This document shows positions 44,590 to 56,759 of a DNA stretch of 64,000 nt, piece after piece. The DNA is from Chiloscyllium plagiosum. Lineage: Eukaryota. Position 1 is the stretch's first letter; each line of letters opens with the position of its first letter. The notes beneath the pieces were generated by a model. It was not told where the DNA came from, ran no database searches, and saw only the letters and a program-made list of their open reading frames with translations. Position numbers and translations under genes: made by a program. The stretch spans positions 36,065,321 through 36,129,320 of the forward strand of contig NC_057720.1 in NCBI RefSeq assembly GCF_004010195.1, read 5' to 3'.

Positions 44590-45120
44590 GAAATGGCACT
44601 GAAGAGTGATAAATCTATAGGCCAGATGATTTCCATCCCAAGATTTGAAAAGAAGTAGATGGGAATACTATGGCAGCCCGAACTATAATTTTCCATCTGC
44701 AACTGTTGCTTTAGTTTGGTGGATTGTGTATATCACGCTGCTATTTAAGAAATGTGAAAGAGTGAAGCCAGAGAACTATGGACCAGTTGGCATCACTTCT
44801 GTTGTTAGGAAATTACTTGTCCAAAATTATGGCTAGAGTGACTGAACACATTGAAAATTTTCATGTAATCAGTTAATGCCAATATGATTTGCAAAATGTA
44901 GATCATGCCTGATGAACCTGACTGAACTTTGTTGTGTAGGAGGTTACAGCATAAAACAAACAGGAATGACTTTGTTGTTATTTTCCAGATTTCCTGAAGG
45001 GAGTTTAGTTCTCATAAGAGATTGTTATTAATTAAGGTTGAATCTCAATGAAGTGAAAGCACATTATTGACCTGGTTAGGAAATTGGGGAAGTTACAAAA
45101 TAAAGAGAATGGTTGACAAG
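44590..45120 (+). mobile_element. decayed CR1 RT fragment
   Basis: Reads ITLLFKKCERVKPENYGPVGITSVVRKLL. Confidence 0.75.
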
Positions 45121-45715
45121 CGGGCTGAATTTTCATGGTCAAATCAAAGCACTGACATTAAGTTTATTGACAGAACATTGGATGATGGTGAATAGGCAAT
45201 GGCAAACGTTGAAAGAGTGCATGGGGGAACTACATTAGTTGTTCATTCCTGTCTGACACAAAAATAAACTGGGAAAGGTGGCCTGAGTATGGCGAACAAG
45301 ACAAATTAGGGATCGTTTTAGATCCAAAGGAGGGGCATACAAATTGGCCAAAAAAGCAGCAGACCTGAGAATAGGGAGTTGTTTAGATTTCAATAAAGGA
45401 GCTCAAAGAGATTGGTTAAGAGGGAGAAAATAAAGTACAAGAATAACGTTGCGAAGAACATATGAGCTGAAAGATTGTGTAGATATGTGAAAAAGAAAAA
45501 GATTAGTCAAGACAGAAACAGGACAAGTTATAATGGGGAACAAAGAGATGCCAGAACAATTAAATACATTTTTAGTTCAGTCTTCACAAGTGATTACATA
45601 ATTAACATTCCAAAAATGTTGGGAACACAGGATATCGTAAGAGGAATGGAAGGAAATCAGTTTTAGTGGGGAAGTGGTGTTGGTGAAATAGTTGGGATTA
45701 AAGGCTGATAAGTTA

Positions 45716-46050
45716 GGAGAGGTGACAGACTAGTGATATTATTGCTGGACTGTTAATCTAGAGACTCAGGTAATGTCCTGGGGACCTATGAAGTTTGAAT
45801 TCAATGAAAATGTCTGGAAGTAAGAGTCTAGTGATTACCATGAATCTGTTGTCAATTGTTGGAAAAACCCATCTGGTTCACTATATAATGTCCTTTAGAG
45901 AAAGAAACTGCCATCTTTACCTGGTCTGGTCTACATCTGACACATAAGAATGTTATTGTCTCTTAACTGCCCCTCTGGGAAATTAGGGCTGAGCAATAGA
46001 TGGCCCAATCAGCGACACCCTCATCCCATAATTGAATTAAAATTTAAAAA
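45716..46050 (+). mobile_element. tRNA-derived SINE with a family-B LINE tail
   Basis: Head agtgatattattgctggactgttaatctagagac, body aaaacccatctggttcacta, tail aattagggctgagcaata...cagcgacaccctcatccca. Confidence 0.75.
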
Positions 46051-46890
46051 ATTAAAATTCCTAGGGACCAACAATCTACATCCCAGAGTGCTTAAGGAAA
46101 TGATCCTAGAAATGGTGGATGCACTGGTAGTCTTCTTTCAAGATTATGTAGACTGTGAAATAGTTTCTATGGATTAGAGGGTAGCTAATATAACAAATCT
46201 TTTCAAACATCGATAACTTCTATTTAACAAAGGACATAAAGAGAAAACAGGGAATTATTGAGTCAGCCTGATATCTGTGCCAGGGAATGCTGGCATATTT
46301 TATAAAAGATTTAAAAGCAGAGAATTTCAAAAGCACTGACAGGATTGGACAAAGTCAACATGGATATATGAAAGGGAAATCATGCTTGACAATTCTACTG
46401 GAAGTTTTGGAGGATGTAACTAGTGCAGTCGATAATGGGGAGCCATTGGATGTGGTTGACTTGGACTTTCAGAAGGCTTTCAATAAGGAGCCACAAGTGA
46501 CTAGCAGTTTACTACAGGGATCAGTGCTTGAACCCCAGCTGTTTGCAATATATATTAATGATTTAGATGAGGGAACTAAATCTAATATTTCAAAGTTTGT
46601 AGATGATACAAAACTGGATGGGCAAGTGAACTGTGAGGAGGATGCAGAAATACTTCATTGTGATTTGGACAAGTTCAATTGAGTGGGAAAATAAATGGCA
46701 GATGAAATACAATGTGGACAAGTATGAGGTTATCTACTTTGTTAACAAAAACAGTGAGGCAGATTATTATCTGAATGACAACAGATTGGGAAAGGGGGAG
46801 GTGTGATATCACCTGGATACACCAGTCACTGAAAATAAGCATGCAGATGCAGTAGGCGGTGAAGAAGGCAAATGGTTCGTTAGCCTTCAT

Positions 46891-47237
46891 GGGGTGGCAT
46901 GGTGGCTCAGTGGTTAGCACTGCAGCCTCACAGTGCCAGGGACCTGGGTTCAGCTCCAGTCTTAGTCTGTGTGGAATTTGCACATTCTCCCCCTGTCTGT
47001 GTGGGTTTCCTCCACGTGCTCCAGTTTCGTCCCACAGTCTATGGATATGTAGGTTAAGGTGAATTGGCCATGCTAAATTGCCCATAGTGTTCAGCGATAT
47101 GTAGGCTAGGTGCATTCATCAGGGGAAATGTAGAGCAATAGGTAGGGGAATGGATCTGGGTGGGTTATTGTTCAGAGGATCAGTGTAGACTTGTTGGGTC
47201 AAATGGCCTACTTCCACGCTGTAGGGAGCCTATGATC
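46891..47237 (+). mobile_element. HE1-type V-SINE, full length
   Basis: ggggtggcatggtggctcagtggttagcactgcagcctcacag head, V domain and CR1-like tail. Confidence 0.93.
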
Positions 47238-47423
47238 CAAGTACAGGAATAGGGATGTCTTGCTGCATTGTATAGGACCTTGTGAGACCACACCTCGAAT
47301 ATTGTGTAGAGTTTTGGTCTCCTTATCTGAGGAAGGATGTTTTAGCTTTGGAGGGAGTGTAACAAACTGATTTCTGGGATAGCAGGATTGACTCATGAAG
47401 TGAGACTGGATCAGTTAGGAGCA

Positions 47424-47642
47424 CAGTCGGTTCTGATATAATGCAATATTACTGCACTCATGCGATCTCGCATGCTAAGAAAATCGTGCAATAGCCACGC
47501 CATTTAAACTAATCAGACCAGTATAACGTTATAGCCAATATAGGTAAAGAAGGTTCACATTCTACAAGTAACGGTCTAAATTCTTCAATCGCACTAAAGC
47601 CAACTCACGTTGAAGAAACACTCGTTATAACAGAACTGACTG
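47424..47642. mobile_element. 219-bp MITE (Tc1/mariner, Tigger/pogo-like)
   Basis: TIRs cagtcggttctgatataa / ttataacagaactgactg match at 16 of 18 positions and begin CAGT. It interrupts a CR1. The TA TSD is decayed (ca/tt). Confidence 0.8.
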
Positions 47643-48129
47643 TTTATTGATTGGAAATTAGGAAAATGACGAGGGGATCTCATAGAAACCATTTAACTAA
47701 CCAGGTAAATGCAGAAAGAATGTTTTCGATGACAGAGGATTCAGAACCAAGGGTCACTGTCTCAGGATATACGGTATGTCATTTAGAATTGGGATGAAGA
47801 GGCATCTCTTCACGTCAAGAGTGATGAGCCTGTGGAATTCTCTGCCACAGAAAATGGTTGAGGCCAAAACATTGACTGTTTTCAAGAAGGGGTTAGATAT
47901 CGTTCTTCAGACTAAAGGGATTAAAGGAATAAGGGAGAAAGCGTAAACATCTCCTCCTGCTCTTATTTTCTCTGTTTCATTTGACTATAAGATTGTATGT
48001 ATGTTTGGATTTGTGTACTTTCTGAACCATCACTTCTCTCCCTTATGAATTTGGATCCATCTGTAACTTGTGTGTGTCAGCTATGTTGACTGTGTAACAT
48101 AACCACTTCAGAATTAAATGGTGTACATT

Positions 48130-48450
48130 CAAGTTACACTGTAAGATATAATTATACTGACACTGCCACATTCTATTCTTTCAACAAAATACCAAACTGA
48201 GGTCCTGGTTGCCTGTTGAGAGGAAAGTCCCAAGGCACTTTTCAAAGAATATTGAAGAGCTCATTCTGTGTCTTGGCCAACAGTTCTTCTTCAACTACCA
48301 TCTGCAAAAGAAGACTAACTTTTAATTTATTTTATTGCTATTTGTGATGTATTGTTGTGTGGAAACAACTGCTAAGTAACAATGTCACACTGTCTCTAGA
48401 CGTTTTGTGAGAGTCTTCAAGGTTCTCCAAGTACAAGTCTCTCTTTTCTT
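48130..48450 (+). mobile_element. Deu-domain SINE, degenerate
   Basis: aaactgaggtcc...tcccaaggcacttttcaaagaa...gtgtcttggccaaca...attgctatttgtg. Confidence 0.6.
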
Positions 48451-48819
48451 AATCATGTGATTTAATGTGACACTTTGTTGGCTGTAATTTCACTTGCACC
48501 TTGATATGCAAGGCTTTATAATTATACAGTGTAGACAAGCTTGGTTGTACAAGGGTAATTGTTCCCCCAACTACATTATCACATCAGCATTAGTCATTCA
48601 TGGCAGCTGGAGAAGGGAAACTAAATAAGAGTGACCATGGTTATTTTGGGACAGCTGTATTCTAGAGGCTGATTTTCATAATTAGATATTTTCACACAGC
48701 CATAATTAAATATATGTGTGAACATATAATATGCGACACTCTGTTTTTGGTGAGAAGGCCTACATTTAGTGAGAATCTGAATAATAATCATCAGTTTGTG
48801 GTACATAAATACTGAAAAA

Positions 48820-49400
48820 GAAAACTTAATTTGCGTGAATACATGTTGCTAATGGATTGATTAATTGGCCACTCAGCTCAAGGAGGAGCTAAACTGGTCA
48901 CACAGATATGTGATTGTTTGTGTCAAACTTATTATTATGACTGTTCCAGGTTGAAAGGAGGAAAATGCTTTCTGTTTCAAAGCGGGAAATTGTGTGCTCA
49001 CACACAAAAAAATTTCAAAGGATCAAGTTTAAAAACAATGAATAGAGATAAATGTTGGCTCATTTCTTATGTAATTAGTAACTTCCTTATCCCCTGTTGT
49101 AACAGTGAACAGACTGTAATGTTTAATTACTGGTTAAATGAAACCCAAATTTTATAATGGATAAAGTGACAACACTGACAGTGATGACTTGAAAGGGGCA
49201 CATTGTTCAGCGATTGATGAAGGCGGCGATTATTCAGCTGTGCGTTGTGCGAAGAAAATGAAAATGACAAATGAACTGCACTAATTAGACAAATCATACA
49301 GACTAGCTGATGATTCTTATCTCTGCTGACTAATGAAGCAGGCTCGCTAGGCTGTGACAGATTAATTGTGATTTCTCTAAAGGGAAGGAATGTTTTATGG
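48820..49400. promoter_or_regulatory. candidate conserved non-coding enhancer block
   Basis: Apparently TE-free. Contains TGATTAATTGG (48858), CTAATTAG, TGACAGATTAATTG (about 49355) and retained CpGs at 49210-49350. Confidence 0.4.
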
Positions 49401-49649
49401 TGTGTACAAATTTCTCACAGAACTATAAACCCATTCTAGTAGACATATTGATTTACAAAATCTTTAACTCTTTCGGAACTGAATTAATTAGAAAATTACC
49501 ACAGGAGGAGGACAAATACAAGAGAATCTATAATTTAGATTTGATTTATTTAGACCTTTTTAATGTCATGTCAGTCAACTACAGTGTATTGGTTCACTTA
49601 TCCAGGACATGGGGCAAGTAGCTTAAAGATTGTTCAACATTCTTCTCAC

Positions 49650-49815
49650 AATGAATTTTGGGTCAAAATCTTGGATCTCACTTCCTAACTGTACTGTGGG
49701 TGTCCCCATGGACCACAGCACTTCAAGCTCACCGCCTTTTCTGGGACAGTTAGGAAAGGTTGATAAATACTGGCCTAGCCAGCAACAACACCCACACTCA
49801 ATAAATGAATTTTTA
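49650..49815 (+). mobile_element. family-B LINE 3' tail
   Basis: gggtcaaaatcttgga...ataaatactggcctagccagcaac...cccacactcaataaatgaa. Confidence 0.65.
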
Positions 49816-49999
49816 AAATTCCCAATCCAGACTTGAGTAAAAGTGCTGAGCAAAAACATGCTGTCTAGCACAGTTAAGGGAAAAAGGCAATTTGAATTTG
49901 GTTAATCTTTTATCTAATTTTTATATTTTCTCTGTCTTTCTTTGAGGAGAGCAGATGTAAACATTATCAAACAGAGCAATCACACAATGTATGACATAT

Positions 50000-50355
50000 A
50001 ATAAAAACAACAAATGCCGGAGAAACTCAGCAGGTCTGTTAGCACCTGTTTTGAGTCCATTATGAGTCTTCAGAACGCACAATGGATCGCTACTTTACTT
50101 CAGTTATAAAACATTTCCAACATGAAATTGATGTAAAGATCTTCATATAGACATTTTCGAAGATGAGATGACAGCAGTTGATAACGGACAGCAATAGAGC
50201 ATTCCGTAGAACTTAGCAGGTCTGGCAGCATCTGTGCAGAGAGAAACAGAATTAATGGTTCGAGTCTGATATGACTGTACTTCAGAATTCTCCACAAATG
50301 CTGCCAGATTAGCTGATTTTCAGATTTCCAGTTACTGCAGTAGTTTGTTTTTATT
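50000..50355. mobile_element. old, degenerate PLE-derived mini-elements
   Basis: Arms gagaaactcagcaggtctg and cagcatctgtgcagagagaaac, an inverted atgctgccaga..., a ctgcagt...ttttatt tail and decayed ctgaag cores. Confidence 0.65.
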
Positions 50356-50587
50356 GAATATCACATATCTGAGGAGGAACTATTTACTAGGCAATTAGAT
50401 AGTAACTTCGAAGAGGAGCAACCAGATGAAACTGTTTCCACAGTTAAGGAAGAGAAATCCACATGTGTTCTTATACTGGTTGAGTAAAGTCCTTTAGAAA
50501 GGACATATTTGTGAGAATAATGTTTTCATGGTCTTTTGGTCAATTGCAGTGCACTTGCTGCAAAACAGAATATAGTGATGCATCTGG

Positions 50588-50878
50588 GCACTGCTGCCTC
50601 ACAGCGCCAGAGACCCAGGTTCAATTCCCGCCTCAGGCAGCTGTCTGTGTGGAGTTTGCACATTCTCCCCGTGTCTGCGTGGGTTTCCTCTGGGTGCTCC
50701 GGTTTCCTCCCACAGTCCAAAAATGTGCAGTTTAGGCGAATTGGCCATGCTAAATTGCCCGTAGTGTTAGGTGAAGGGGTAAATGTAGGGGAATGGGTCT
50801 AGGTGGGTTGCTCTTCGGCGGGTCGGTGTGGACTTGTTGGGCCGAAGGACCTGTTTCCACACTAAGTAATCTAAATCT
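50588..50878 (+). mobile_element. young HE1-type V-SINE lacking the first ~25 nt
   Basis: Starts at gcactgctgcctcacagcgccag. B box, V domain and tail are intact. Confidence 0.94.
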
Positions 50879-53800
50879 CTGTCCTTTCAGCAGCAATACA
50901 AAAATTATGTTCACAACTGTGATGCATGCTGGAGGACATGGAAATACCCTTAGAATCTATAGGAGAGCTCACAGGTCCGAAGAATCCAGGCCACACATAG
51001 TTACTGTGAATAGGTTGTAGTTGGAAGGAAGTGGCCATATGTAAAGACTTTCATAAATACTGTAGTGACTGCCAGTCAGAGGGTCAGCACAGCCTACTTG
51101 CATATGATTTCAGTTGTGGCAAGCCCACAAAGTGAACCCATGACTAAAGATAGATTGCCACATTAATGCAGTTGAGACTCGTAATGTCCAGTAATAGTCA
51201 ATTATGATATTGCTTCATACCATTCAGAGAGCAGATAGACATAACACTAGGTTTAAAATAGGAGAACCATATCTTAAACATCACTGGGGATAACATAGTT
51301 ATAGCCACCGAAAAAATTCCATTTAATGTACACAGAGTAGCACATGCTAAATTTTGAGCACTTAGTTTCTTAATAAAGAGAATTGTGTTGGAAAGGTCAT
51401 GTTAAGGTGCCAGCACATTCTGTAATAGTATAAAATGGCAGCACCAGATAACAGCATAAGGATAAAATACTGCAGAAAGCCTCAATTAACAGAGCAATAG
51501 GTATCAATGGAGAAAGCAAATGCTGCCAAACATCGCATTTATTGAAAATGTATTACTTTAAGGGTTAGTTTTCCAATCCAACTCTGCTAGTAGAGTGATA
51601 TGCCTCCTACCAATGCAGATAGAAAAGTCATGCTCCGTGCTAAGCTCAATTTACAATGCCGTTGTTGGGTAAATCTCTTTGAAGGAAATACCCTGTTGGA
51701 AAACTGGCCTTTTACTGTCAGTCTTTGTTAAAGTAACCTAGCTTTGGGAATCTTATTTCAGCAGGCCAGAATGTTGAATTAGTCTCATTCCCCATCAGGG
51801 GAGATGAATGCTGAGGGCATCCAAATAAAATAAAATTTTGGCATAAGATTTAATTAGTATTTTACCATATTACAATGTGTTTGGTGCTGAAAGGCAGTGC
51901 AGCCTCACTTTTCTTACGATTTTGTCTTTACTGCAAATTGAGGGCAGACCTAGGCACCTAATTTCACTTCCCATTTTTCAACTTTGCTGGCAGTTTTAAA
52001 ATCTGGATTTAGGAGTGGTTTGATGAACATTACGTTATGTTTAGCATTGTGGAGGTATACTTTTTCTATCTGCTCAGGATTTTAAAACCCCAGTGGTCAT
52101 CTGGCAGACATGCCTGCAATTTAGCAGATGCTACAAGAGATCCATTTTATTTTATTGGCTGAGTAACATAGATACAGGTGGCTTGAGGTAGTTTATCATA
52201 AGTATCCATGGTTTCCCAGCCAGCATGCAGGTGAGCTAATGGTGGAAGTTTGAGAAAGTTTCACAAAAATCGGTGGGAATTTGGGAACCAGGGTGGCAGC
52301 ATCTTCTGCTTTTATAGTTTCGACTATAAAGGCCCCTGTAATATAAAGTTTAGACTAACTGATCAAAACCATCACTTTTTGTCCACCAATTTTCTTTTTG
52401 AATGGAAAGATGAAATCTGTGGCAGCTGATTAATGCATTAGACTCTAATAATACTTTGCAATCCTAAGTGCATCATGGCATCCCAATTTTTCATGCTCAG
52501 AAAGTATCATGCAATCTTCAAGTGACTTTGATGATGATGGCCAGACTATAATGTTAAAATAGGATGCATTGTATGGAGAGGTTGATGGCAGCCAAGACTA
52601 AAATACAAGGAATCATGCAGGTGAATCTTCATTTGATGCAGGGTTGACTTGGACAACTAGGAAATATTTGCGCAAACTGAAGAACTTCCCACCAAAGTCT
52701 CCAACCTGGAGCATGTAGATTTAATTAATTATGTCTTCTCATTGCCACAAAGAATAACTATTGCAGTAAAAGGCATACATCAGTAATGTTTTCATAACCA
52801 AATTATCACCTTCAATGCCCTACTGCAATCAACCATGCTTTGCTCAGATTGGACTTGAAGACTCTCACTGAAAAGCAGTAGATAGTATAACTGACAATAA
52901 CGGAAAGTCAACGAGGACCCAAGTTTAACACATACTTCAACTGCCAAGAAAACAGCAGTTTAAAAATAGGGTGGCTAAAAATAATGTTCTGTATATTGCT
53001 TGAACTTCACACCAATTCTGTCCTTTATTTGCTGTGTGGAGAGTTAGGTTTTCTCCTAAAAGTAAAAACCATTTTGAGACCTTTCTCATCAATATATCTG
53101 AGTCTTCTTGATTGAATCATACCAAAGACCAGTGCAGAATCCAGTGCACTAAATGTTCTGAAACTGGCCAGTGAAAGTCCATTCTCCATTATCTTGCAAT
53201 CATTCATGCCTGCCTATGATAGTCTAATAGCTGGCTCAGAGCTCGAAAATTATTCACTCCAAATGTTTACAATGGATCTTTAAGCTACTAACTTTGCTTT
53301 TAGCACAACTATGAAGAAACTTACTTCAATGGCAGAACTGAGAGTGATTTTAAAATAATTTACAGTGAGCAGAGTCCTATAAATACTGAATTTTTAATAA
53401 TGGGCTTTTTTAATTCCCTTAGCAACTACCAGCCTTTAAATCATGAGGTATTTCTATTTGTATCTTTTGGGTGTCCTGACTCATCTGATTCTTTTTGTAA
53501 AGAATGTCTGTTTCTGTTTTCTCATTATCATAAATCCTATTTTTATTCATTGGGGAAGGCGTGTTTTTCAATCTAGATTCTGAATTGGTATATGTTGGAC
53601 CTTCTTATTCTGCCAGTTCACTTAATCTCCTGAACTGACCAATGCAAATCCACTCAAAGCCCAGATACAAAAATTCATTCTAGGCATTTCAGTATAAAAT
53701 TCACTAACCCTTACTGATGCCACCCATGTTTAATGGAGTCGCCGTAATTGGATTGGCTTAGTTAATTTCTAATAATACCACACACAGTAAGGTAATCCTG

Positions 53801-54818
53801 CAAATGTGTATAAATAATGGATAATATAGAGACTTTTTAGTGTCAAATACTAAAGGTGCCAAAGACTAAGCTTGAAGAGACTTAGTTTAGAACTTTAGCT
53901 TCTTCTATTCCTTTATCTTAAAAATGACATCAGAGCTATAAACCTCACTTATAATAGACGTGACTTTGCAAAGTTTGTTTAATAATACAGATTATCACTT
54001 TAACTTATTTTCAGACTATTATCAAACTAATTTTTAAAAATAATTTGGGCTGTGTAGATGTGTATTGTAAACCCATGACGGCTTTTTACTGAATCCAAAT
54101 CATAGCAATAATGGTCACATTTCACAAAATGCAGTGTTACTTGAAGATGAGATTGATATATAAGCTTACATTCAAACTAGCCTGCAGGCAAATCATAGCA
54201 AAGTAGCTCCATTATCAATCAGGTACATATATAAAAAAATGTATGAATTGTCCCCTTATAACCTGTGCTTGTTGTAGATCTTATCAATATTACCAATCAT
54301 CTACAAGGAGAGAAAAAATGAAACCACCTAAACTTTCACTAGCTGGTATTTGTAACACAAAAACATTCTATGTGATTACATGGAGAAAACCTTTTCAACA
54401 ATTCCAGAATCTCTAAACCAGTTTAATACATGGTGGAAAGTTTCACCAAAAGAATAAATAATATGTGATTTTTTTTCCTTTATTGTTTTAAATTCAGTCT
54501 TACTTTTTTTCTAAATTTTATATTTTCTCTATAATATCCATTTGAGATTGAGTAGAAATTAAACATTGTTGCAAAATTGATTGAAGCAAGTTGAGGATAC
54601 CATATAAGAAAGGTTTACCCATCTGATCCTGCTATAACAGTGCAATTTTTATTGAATTCCTGCCTGAGTAGATGAAGCTTTTATAATCCATCCTAACCTA
54701 TTGTATATAATGACATCTCACTCTATGAATTTTTTTTAAAAAATTTTTTAAAATTGGAAACTGTATTTGGTTGATACCGAGCAGAATGGATATATAGGAG
54801 AAGGTGATGTAATTCGAT

Positions 54819-55147
54819 GAAGAAGAAGAATCCCTGCAGTATGGAAACAGGCCCTTCAGCCCAACAAGTCCACACTGACCTTCCGAAGAGTAATCCACCC
54901 TGACCTATCCCTCTTTCCTATACTTACCGCTAACTAAAGCGCCTAACACTAAGGGCAATTTAGCATGGCAAGTTCACCTGACCTGCACATCTTTGCGTTG
55001 TGAGAGGAAAACGGAGCACCCGGAGGAAACCCATGCAGACATGGGGAGAATGTGCAAACTCCATACAGACAGTTGCCCGAGGTGGGGCATCAAACATGGG
55101 TCCCTGGAGCTGTGAGGCAGCAGTACTAACCACTGAGTCAATGTGCT
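54819..55147 (-). mobile_element. HE1-type V-SINE
   Basis: V domain and tail as in the other copies; the head is decayed. Confidence 0.92.
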
Positions 55148-55639
55148 GATGAGTTCTGCTATCCATGCTATTTGTGCGTACTTTATATATCTTTCTAAAA
55201 TAAAACCAAGATATGATGAATGGCAGAAATTTGGTTCTTATTTCAGAAAGTGAGAGAAACTGTTCCAAAGATAAGTGATATTTGATCAAAATATTAACTG
55301 TTTCTCTCACTCTTCACAAAGTTGCTGAGTTTCTCACCACATTCTGTTTTTATTCTAGAATCTTCTGATTAAGCAAGCGTTTGAATCTGTGCTTGTTGTA
55401 TTATGACTTGCAATAGATGTGCGATACACTCTTAAGGGATATGGACATGATGTCATCACAGTATCATGGCATGTGGCTAAATGGAATAAAGATCTCAATC
55501 TTCTCGCAGCATGATACTCTGAGGGAAGCATGCTACAGTACATCCAAATTGCTTAGCTTGACAAAATGGTGTGAAAGTCCATTGCAAAAGTGGTTGTTAA
55601 TGGTTTTGAAAGAGAAAACGAGATGTTAGCCATGCTGCA

Positions 55640-56107
55640 ATGTTTCTGCAGGTTTCCAGTGAAGCACAATGCAAGCTCAACGAACAACACCTCATTTTGT
55701 GTTTTGTAACTTTACAGTCTGTAGGACTCAATATTGGACTCCAGTACTTCAGAGCCTGGCTGCATGTCTGTTCTCCACTTCTCTTACATTCTCTCTTCTT
55801 GTCTCTTCCCAACATCCCTGAACAACATACGCACACACACACAGCCTTATCTTGACTGTGTTTTGCTTACTTTTTTCTCAATGGACAGAACCCATTCTCT
55901 CCTTTTCACACTTTTATCTACACCCATTTTACCCTTTGTCTTTTGTATTGGGCATTACACCATTTGCTCCCTTCACCTCTTCTCTACCTCTGTGAAAAGT
56001 ATTAAAAAACATTTTCCATCTTTAAGTTCTGAAGAAGTTATTCTGGACTCGCCGCATTTTCTGTGTTTGTTTCAGATTTCCTGCTTCCAGTGTATATTGA
56101 TTTTATT
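55640..56107 (+). mobile_element. old Penelope-like element 3' fragment
   Basis: SSEAQCKLNEQHLILCFVTLQSVGLNI resembles the PLE C-terminus R.LEEQHLIF.LGTLQP.GLN. A decayed hammerhead (gttctgaagaag...gactcg) and tail lie near 56026-56107. Confidence 0.7.
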
Positions 56108-56309
56108 CTAGTTAGTTCGCTCAAGTAGTCCTGATGAATTCTGTTAATTTAGCTAATTAAAATCCAGAACTGCACTTGGTGGTTCATGTCCTTCCTCTGG
56201 TTACGCTGTGATTAAGCATTCTGCTTTTGCTTAATTGCAATGTAGTGTGAGCTTCATATTGAGACACAAAATAATACCTTGAATGGATTTTGAGTTGATC
56301 AGAAACTAT

Positions 56310-56655
56310 CCGCAGACGTGCAGGTTAGGGTGGACTGGCCATCCTAAATTGCCCATAGTGTCCAGGGATGTACAAGCTAGGTGGGTTAGCCATGGGAAAT
56401 GCAGGCTTACGGGGATATGGGAGGGGAATGGGTCTGGGTGGGCTGCTGTTTGGAGGTAAAAACAATGACTGCAGATGCTGGAAACCAGATTCTGGATCAG
56501 TGGTGCTGGAAGAGCACAGCAATTCAGGCAGCATCGAACGAGCAGCAAAATCGACGTTTCGGGCAAAAGCCTGTTTGGAGGGTTGGTGTGGACTAATTGG
56601 GCCAATTGGCTTGCTTCCACACTACTGGGATTCTATGATTCTTGATTCTATGATT
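56310..56655 (+). mobile_element. 5'-truncated HE1-type SINE interrupted by a PLE mini-element
   Basis: gtgcaggttaggg...ctaaattgcccatagtg...gggattctatgattc. Confidence 0.88.
56456..56570 (-). mobile_element. 115-bp PLE-derived mini-element, truncated inside hammerhead stem II, 10-bp TSD
   Basis: Minus strand starts GC(uuuu)GCCC-GAAA-CG-UC-gauu. TSD ctgtttggag at 56446-56455 and 56571-56580. Confidence 0.92.
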
Positions 56656-56759
56656 GAGAAGAGTGCTAGGTTTCTCTGAAAATCTGACTGAAAATAATGA
56701 AGTGACAGCATATTACATTTTTCTTCATGATTTTGGATTCAAAACTAACCTAGAATGAT

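Larger units (their letters stand above)
45200..47980 (+). mobile_element. decayed CR1 LINE hosting two SINEs and a MITE
   Basis: Reads SQHGYMKGKSCLT, DVVDLDFQKAF and QGSVLEPQLFAIYINDL...SKFVDDTK. The 3'UTR runs to about 47980. Confidence 0.9.
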
